Program-made: the position numbers and the translations under genes | In this document: one piece after another, positions 26,504-32,000 of the stretch | Numbering within the stretch: the stretch's first letter is position 1 | Layout of the letters: each line of letters begins with the position of its first letter | The notes under the pieces: generated by a model | Told to the model about the DNA's origin: nothing | Database searches by the model: none | The model's input: only the letters and a program-made list of their open reading frames with translations | NCBI RefSeq assembly: GCF_000017305.1 | Contig: NC_009664.2 | Location: 4,050,001-4,082,000, forward strand | Reading direction: 5' to 3' | DNA: 32,000 bases | Source of the DNA: Kineococcus radiotolerans SRS30216 = ATCC BAA-149 | Lineage (GTDB): Bacteria; Actinomycetota; Actinomycetes; Actinomycetales; Kineococcaceae

Positions 26504-27682
26504 TCAGAAGGGCGCGACGAGCTTCACGATCGACTCCACGACGACCCGGCTGGCCGATCCGTCCCCGTAGGGGGAGGGCACGTCCCGCAGCGCCTGCGGG
26601 TCCTCGGCCAGCGCCGCGCGCACGGCCGCGCCCAGGCGCAGGCCGCCGGGCACCAGGGAGGCGAAGGTCCCCATCACCTCGGGGCGCTCGGTGGAGCGGC
26701 GCACCACGACGAGGCGCTTCTTGAGGACGCTGACCTCCTCCTGGACCCCGCCGGAGTCGGACACCACGAGCCGGGCCCGCTCCAGCAGGGCCAGGAACTG
26801 CGCGGGCGGCTGCGGGGCGATGACGGTGAACGCGTCGACGAGGTCGCCCAGGCCGTCGCGGCGCATGCGGTCCAGGGTGCGCGGGTGGGCGGGGAACACC
26901 ACCGGCAGCCCGTCCGCGACGACGGCCTGCAGCTCGCCGAACACCTGGCGGAGCACGTCGGGGTTGTCCGCGTTCTCCGGGCGGTGCAGCGTCAGGAGCA
27001 GGTACCGCGCGGGCAGTCCCAGCTCGGCGAGGACGCGGTCGCGCTCCGCGGCCGGGGGCAGCAGGTGCTGCACCGACTCCACGACGGTGTTGCCGGTGAG
27101 CAGGATGCGCTCGTCGGCGATGCCCTCGGCGCGCAGGTGGGCGACGGCGGTCGCGGTGGGGGCGCAGCACAGGTCGGCGAGGTGGTCGATGAGGACCCGG
27201 TTGTGCTCCTCGGGCATCCGCCGGTCGAAGCTGCGCAACCCCGCCTCGACGTGCACCAGCGGCAGGTCGGCTGCGTTCGCGGCCAGCGCGCCGGCCAGCG
27301 CCGCGGTGGTGTCGCCCTGCACGACGACGCAGGAGGGCCGGTGCCGGGCGAAGGTCTCGTCCAGGGCCGCGACGGCGGCTCCCAGCTGCTGCCCGCGGGA
27401 GGACCCGCCCACCCCCAGGGCGACGGGTTCGGTGCCGAAGCCCAGCTGCGCGGTCACGTCCGACCACAGCGCGGCGTCGTAGTGCTGGCCGGTGTGGACC
27501 AGCAGGCCCGCTGAGCCCAGCCGGCGCACGACCTCGGCCAGCTTGATGGCCTCCGGCCGGGTGCCCAGCACCACGGCCACCGGTCCCGGCGCCCCCTCAC
27601 CCACCGGGAACCCGAGCGGGCGTCGCAGCGCGGTGCGCTCCGGGGCGGGCAGGGAGGAGGACGCGATCGTCGGGGTGGCCAC
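26504..27682 (-). CDS. wecB: UDP-N-acetylglucosamine 2-epimerase (non-hydrolysing)
   Basis: 392 aa with VAVVLGTRPEAIKLA, HTGQHYD, VQGDTTAALAGALAA, HVEAGLRSFDRRMPEEHNR and DSGGVQEE. The GTG start is preceded on the minus strand by TAGCGT-cccccc, a leaderless layout. Confidence 0.9.
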   Translation of the reverse strand: MATPTIASSSLPAPERTALRRPLGFPVGEGAPGPVAVVLGTRPEAIKLAEVVRRLGSAGLLVHTGQHYDAALWSDVTAQLGFGTEPVALGVGGSSRGQQLGAAVAALDETFARHRPSCVVVQGDTTAALAGALAANAADLPLVHVEAGLRSFDRRMPEEHNRVLIDHLADLCCAPTATAVAHLRAEGIADERILLTGNTVVESVQHLLPPAAERDRVLAELGLPARYLLLTLHRPENADNPDVLRQVFGELQAVVADGLPVVFPAHPRTLDRMRRDGLGDLVDAFTVIAPQPPAQFLALLERARLVVSDSGGVQEEVSVLKKRLVVVRRSTERPEVMGTFASLVPGGLRLGAAVRAALAEDPQALRDVPSPYGDGSASRVVVESIVKLVAPF

Positions 27683-27688
27683 GGGGGG

Positions 27689-27694
27689 ACGCTA
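27689..27694 (-). promoter_or_regulatory. -10 hexamer TAGCGT (minus strand), 6 nt upstream of the wecB GTG
   Basis: The minus strand reads ccggtcTAGCGTccccccGTGgcc. There is no SD sequence. Confidence 0.4.
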
Positions 27695-27846
27695 GACCGG
27701 CGCCCGCCCGTTGCGGGCCGAATTTCGGCGGACACGGGTCGACGTCACGCGGTGCGCTCATCCGTTGTTGCACAACGTCATCGACGGTGGACCGGGAGTG
27801 CTCCATCGGGACGGGCCGCCACCGCGGCGGGACCTCCGGGGGTACC

Positions 27847-27868
27847 TGTCCGAACCGCGACCTAACCT
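27847..27868 (+). promoter_or_regulatory. Variant RecA-independent (PafBC-type) promoter-like motif upstream of uvrC
   Basis: TGTCCGAA-CCGCGACC-TAACCT. The hexamer ends 7 nt before GTG 27876. The fifth base is C rather than the purine of the published consensus. Confidence 0.55.
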
Positions 27869-27875
27869 CATAGCC

Positions 27876-29912
27876 GTGCCCGACCCCGCCACCTACCGCC
27901 CCAGGCCGGGGGAGATCCCCGTCGAACCCGGGGTGTACCGCTTCCGCGACCCGCACGGCCGCGTCATCTACGTCGGCAAGGCCAAGAGCCTGCGCGCGCG
28001 GTTGTCCAACTACTTCCAGGACCTCTCCGCGCTGCACCCGCGCACGATGGCCATGGTCACCACCGCCGCCAGCGTCGAGTGGACCGTGGTGGCCACCGAG
28101 GTCGAGGCGCTGCAGCTGGAGTACTCCTGGATCAAGGAGTTCGACCCGCGGTTCAACGTCAAGTACCGCGACGACAAGTCCTACCCCTACCTCGCCGTCA
28201 CCATGGGCGAGGAGGTCCCGCGCGTGCAGGTCATGCGCGGGGCCAAGCGCAAGGGCACCCGCTACTTCGGGCCCTACACCCACGCCTGGGCCATCCGCGA
28301 GACCGTCGACCTGCTGCTGCGCGTCTTCCCCGTCCGCACCTGCTCCACCGGGGTCTACAAGCGCGCCGGCCAGGTCGGGCGGCCCTGCCTGCTCGGGTAC
28401 ATCGACAAGTGCTCCGCGCCCTGCGTCGGCAAGATCGACGCCGAGGAGCACCGCGCGCTCGCCCAGGACTTCTGCGACTTCATGGCCGGCAACACCCAGA
28501 AGTTCGTCCGCCGCACCGAGCGGGAGATGAAGGCCGCCGCGGCCGAGATGGACTACGAGCGCGCCGCCCGGCTGCGCGACGACCTCGGGGCCCTGACCAA
28601 GGCGCTGGAGAAGTCCGCCGTCGTCCTGCCCGACGCCACCGACGCCGACGTCTTCGCCATCGCCGACGACGAGCTCGAGGCCGCCGTCCAGGTCTTCCAC
28701 GTCCGCGGCGGTCGCGTGCGGGGCCAGCGCGGCTGGGTCTCGGAGAAGGTCGAGGACGTCGACACCCCCCAGCTCGTCGAGCAGCTCCTGCTGCAGGTCT
28801 ACGGCGGGGAGACCGGCGAGGGCGTGCCCCGCGAGGTCCTCGTCCCCGAGTTGCCCGCCACCGTCGAGGCCGACGTCGAGGACTGGCTCTCGGAGCTGCG
28901 CGGTTCCCGCGTGGACCTGCGGGTGCCCCAGCGCGGGGACAAGCGGGCCCTGATGGAGACGGTGCAGCGCAACGCCACCCAGGCGCTCGCCCTGCACAAG
29001 ACCCGCCGCGGCGGGGACCTGACCACCCGCAGCCAGGCCCTCCAGGAGCTGCAGGAGGCCCTCGGCCTCGACGAGGCCCCGCTGCGCATCGAGTGCTACG
29101 ACGTCTCCCACACCCAGGAGACCAACGTCGTCGCCTCCATGGTCGTCTTCGAGGACGGCCTGCCCAAGAAGGCCGACTACCGCCGCTTCGCCGTGCGCGG
29201 GGAGGAGGGCGGGGTCGACGACACCCGCGCCATGCGCGAGGTCCTGCTGCGCCGCTTCCGCCGGGTGCGCGCCGACGACGCGCGGGACCAGCCCCCCGGC
29301 GCGACCCGCGACGAGCGCATCACCGAGGGCGAGGACGGCACCGAGGTCGAGACCTCCGGCGCGGTCGGCGGGGAGGTCCTGGCCGGCATCGACCCCGACA
29401 CCGGCCGGCCCCGCCGCTTCGCCTACACCCCCCAGCTCGTCGTCGTCGACGGCGGCCAGCCCCAGGTGGAGGCCGCCGCCCGCGCCCTGGCCGACGCCGG
29501 CGTCGTCGACGTCGCTCTCTGCGGGCTGGCCAAGCGCCTCGAGGAGGTCTGGCTGCCCGGGGAGGCGCACCCCGTCGTGCTGCCCCGCACCAGCCCCGGG
29601 CTGTTCCTGCTGCAGCGGGTCCGCGACGAGGCCCACCGCTTCGCCATCACCTACCACCGCTCCAAGCGCAGCAAGGCCATGACGACCAGCGCCCTGGACG
29701 GGGTGCCCGGTCTGGGGCAGGCCCGCAAGACGGCGCTCCTGCGCCACTTCGGGTCGGTCAAGAAGCTGCGGGCCGCGACCGCCGAGGAGGTCGCGGCCGT
29801 GCCCGGGATGGGTCCGCGCACGGCCCGGGCCGTCGTGGAGGCGCTGGCGGGCGGTGCGCCGGAGTCGTCGGCGCCCGCGGTGAACACGGCCACGGGGGAG
29901 CTCCTCGACTGA
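27876..29912 (+). CDS. uvrC: Excinuclease ABC subunit C
   Basis: 678 aa beginning (V)[42 protein letters not shown], which is the GIY-YIG domain. It has a UVR domain ([16 protein letters not shown]), an Endo-V-like nuclease region and a C-terminal (HhH)2 ([38 protein letters not shown]). The 55 codons upstream in the track ORF precede the predicted promoter. Confidence 0.95.
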   Translation: MPDPATYRPRPGEIPVEPGVYRFRDPHGRVIYVGKAKSLRARLSNYFQDLSALHPRTMAMVTTAASVEWTVVATEVEALQLEYSWIKEFDPRFNVKYRDDKSYPYLAVTMGEEVPRVQVMRGAKRKGTRYFGPYTHAWAIRETVDLLLRVFPVRTCSTGVYKRAGQVGRPCLLGYIDKCSAPCVGKIDAEEHRALAQDFCDFMAGNTQKFVRRTEREMKAAAAEMDYERAARLRDDLGALTKALEKSAVVLPDATDADVFAIADDELEAAVQVFHVRGGRVRGQRGWVSEKVEDVDTPQLVEQLLLQVYGGETGEGVPREVLVPELPATVEADVEDWLSELRGSRVDLRVPQRGDKRALMETVQRNATQALALHKTRRGGDLTTRSQALQELQEALGLDEAPLRIECYDVSHTQETNVVASMVVFEDGLPKKADYRRFAVRGEEGGVDDTRAMREVLLRRFRRVRADDARDQPPGATRDERITEGEDGTEVETSGAVGGEVLAGIDPDTGRPRRFAYTPQLVVVDGGQPQVEAAARALADAGVVDVALCGLAKRLEEVWLPGEAHPVVLPRTSPGLFLLQRVRDEAHRFAITYHRSKRSKAMTTSALDGVPGLGQARKTALLRHFGSVKKLRAATAEEVAAVPGMGPRTARAVVEALAGGAPESSAPAVNTATGELLD

Positions 29913-29938
29913 GGCCGGGACGCAGCGTGAGGGGGCGA

Positions 29939-29962
29939 CGACGAGGCGTGCTGGCCTCGTCG
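29939..29962 (+). terminator. Weak stem-loop between uvrC and rapZ
   Basis: CGACGAGGC (29939-29947) pairs with GCCTCGTCG (29954-29962), with a 6-nt loop. It may be an attenuator or RNA-processing site rather than a full terminator. Confidence 0.3.
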
Positions 29963-29995
29963 CGGGCGACACGCCCGGGATGACAGGATGGCCCG

Positions 29996-30910
29996 GTGCA
30001 GGACGCGGCGGGCAGGGACAGGGATCCGGCGGTGGAGGTGGAGCGGCCACGCCGCCCCGAGCTCCTCATCATCACCGGCATGTCGGGGGCCGGGCGGTCC
30101 ACCACGGGCAAGGCCCTGGAGGACCTCGGCTGGTACGTCGTGGACAACCTGCCCCCGCAGATGCTCGAACCCCTGGCCGAGCTCACCGCCCGCGCCGGGC
30201 TGACCATCCCCCGCCTGGCCGTGGTCGTCGACGTCCGCGGCCGGACGTTCTTCGCCGAGCTCACCGGTGCCCTGGCCGCCCTGGACACCCGCCACGTCTC
30301 CCCGCGGGTCCTGTTCCTCGACGCCACCGACGAGGTCCTCGTCCGCCGCTTCGAGTCCGTGCGCCGCCCCCACCCCCTGCAGGGCGACGACCGCATCGTC
30401 GACGGCATCGCCCGCGAGCGCGCCCTCACCGGGGAGCTGCGCGCCCGCGCCGACGTCGTCGTCGACTCCAGCTCCTTCAACGTCCACCAGCTCGGCTCGC
30501 TCGTGGCCTCCCTCTTCGAGTCCGAGCGCGACGAGGACCTGCGCGTCACCGTCATGAGCTTCGGGTTCAAGTACGGCACCCCCGCCGACGCCGAGCACGT
30601 CGCCGACGTGCGGTTCATCCCCAACCCGCACTGGGAACCCGACCTGCGCCCGCTCACCGGCCAGGACGTCCCCGTCGCCGAGTTCGTCCTCGCCGCCGAG
30701 GGCGCGGGCACCTTCATCGACCGCTACGAGTCCTCGCTGAGCCCCGTCTTCGACGGCTACCGCCGGGAGAACAAGCGCTACGCCACCGTCGCGTTCGGCT
30801 GCACCGGCGGCAAGCACCGCTCCGTGGCCATGGCCGAGGAGCTCGGCCGCCGGCTGCGCCGCGACGGGGTCCCCGTGCGCGTCCTGCACCGCGACCTGGG
30901 CCGGGAGTGA
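29996..30910 (+). CDS. rapZ: RNase adapter / nucleotide-binding protein RapZ (YvcJ family)
   Basis: 304 aa with P-loop [31 protein letters not shown] and C-terminal [19 protein letters not shown]. Confidence 0.9.
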
Positions 30911-31983
30911 GCCCCCTGCCCGAGCACGTGCACCCCTCGTCCACGAGCTTCCCGACGGGCCTGATCCCCACCGTGGGGGCCGCGGGCCTCCCCGGCACCC
31001 CCGGCTCGGGCGCCGCTCCGGCCGTCGTCGCCCTGGGCGGGGGCCACGGGCTGTCCGCCTCGCTGTCCGCCCTGCGCCACCTCACCGACCGGCTCACCGC
31101 CGTCGTCACCGTCGCCGACGACGGGGGCTCCTCGGGCCGCCTGCGCCGGGAGCTCGGCGGGCTGCCCCCCGGGGACCTGCGGATGGCGCTGTCGGCGCTG
31201 TGCGACGACTCCGAGTGGGGCCGCACCTGGCGCGACGTGCTGCAGCACCGCTTCACCAGCGAGGGGTCCCTGCACCAGCACGCCACCGGCAACCTGCTCA
31301 TCGCCACCCTCTGGGAGCTGCTCGGCGACGAGGTCGCCGGCCTGGACTGGGTGGGCCGGCTGCTCGGCGCGCGCGGTCGGGTGCTGCCCATGGCCGCGGT
31401 CCCGCTGGACATCGAGGCCGACGTGCTCGGCCTCGTCCCCGGCGACCCCGGCGCCACCACGTCCGTGCGGGGTCAGGTCGCGGTCGCCTCCACCCCCGGC
31501 CAGGTCGCCGCCGTCCGCCTGGTCCCCGAGGACCCGCCGGTGCGCCCGGAGGTCGTGACCGCCATCGCCGAGGCCGACTGGGTCGTGCTCGGGCCGGGGT
31601 CGTGGTTCACCAGCGTGCTGCCGCACCTCATGGTCCCCGGCCTGCTCCGGGCGCTGACCAGCACCCGCGCCCGCACCTGCGTCACCCTCAACCTCGCCGT
31701 GCAGCCGGGGGAGACCGACGGGTTCAGCGCCGAGGCGCACCTGGAGGTCCTCGCCGCGCACGCCCCGGGGCTGGTGGTCGACGCCGTGGTGGCCGACCCG
31801 GTGGCCGTCGGCGACGTCGACGCGCTGGTCCGGGTGGCCGAGTCGCTGGGCGCGCAGGTGCTGCTGCGGACGGTGTCGGTGGGCGACGGGACCCCCCGCC
31901 ACGACGCGCTGCGGCTGGCCGCGGCCTACCGTGACGTGTTCTCCGCCCCCGCCGGGCACGGCGCCGGGCGCGGGGGCGGGTGA
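30907..31983 (+). CDS. yvcK: YvcK/CuvA-type gluconeogenesis / cell-shape factor (CofD-like fold)
   Basis: 358 aa from GTG 30907, with a GTGA overlap on the rapZ stop. It has [53 protein letters not shown] and [17 protein letters not shown]. The ~35-aa N-terminal P/G/T-rich leader makes the exact start uncertain. Confidence 0.85.
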
Positions 31984-32000
31984 GGTCGGTGGTGCAGGTG

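Noticed and set aside
26338-26724. 128-aa plus-strand ORF (MVERVTSPAPEAICATS...) in the wecB-downstream gap.
   Set aside because: It shares its third-codon phase with the minus-strand coiled-coil-like frame, and its 3' two-thirds are antisense to wecB. The translation has no recognisable features. I kept it only as the alternative reading of the periodicity signal reported in the findings.
31984-32000. Possible 5' end of whiA (GTG codons at 31989, 31992 and 31998).
   Set aside because: Only 17 nt remain in the window and no protein evidence is possible. It is expected from synteny only.

Overview
This is a very GC-rich chromosomal segment with actinobacterial gene order. It has 22 complete CDSs plus a 17-codon end of an upstream ORF. 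I found no rRNA, tRNA, CRISPR array, transposase or integrase. The backbone is a conserved housekeeping and DNA-repair block: livG-livF, a GNAT acetyltransferase, polA, rpsA, coaE, uvrB, a MarR regulator, uvrA, uvrC, rapZ and yvcK. Three lineage-variable modules sit inside it. The first is a methyltransferase plus membrane GGDEF cyclase operon (5401-7761, minus strand). The second is a LacI regulator divergent from a chvE-gguA-gguB monosaccharide ABC importer (9608-15155). The third is a tightly coupled operon of an (alpha/alpha)6-toroid protein, a GT-B glycosyltransferase and a Glf/amine-oxidase-like flavoprotein, convergent with wecB (22339-27682). The third module is the best candidate for an uncharacterised system, but its chemistry cannot be read from sequence alone. 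The clearest non-coding signal is one promoter architecture, TGTC-N12-TAnnnT followed 6-7 nt later by the start codon, present in front of polA, uvrB, uvrA and uvrC. It has the geometry of the mycobacterial RecA-independent (PafBC-type) DNA-damage promoter. It implies leaderless mRNAs and fixes the start codons of these genes. Other observations are a LacI-type operator inside the chvE promoter, a 14-codon serine tract in rpsA, and a 14-bp tandem repeat. There is also a coding-like, probably decayed segment in the 265-bp gap downstream of wecB, and several strong GC-rich terminator hairpins. The many long antisense or alternative-frame ORFs in the track are high-GC artefacts.
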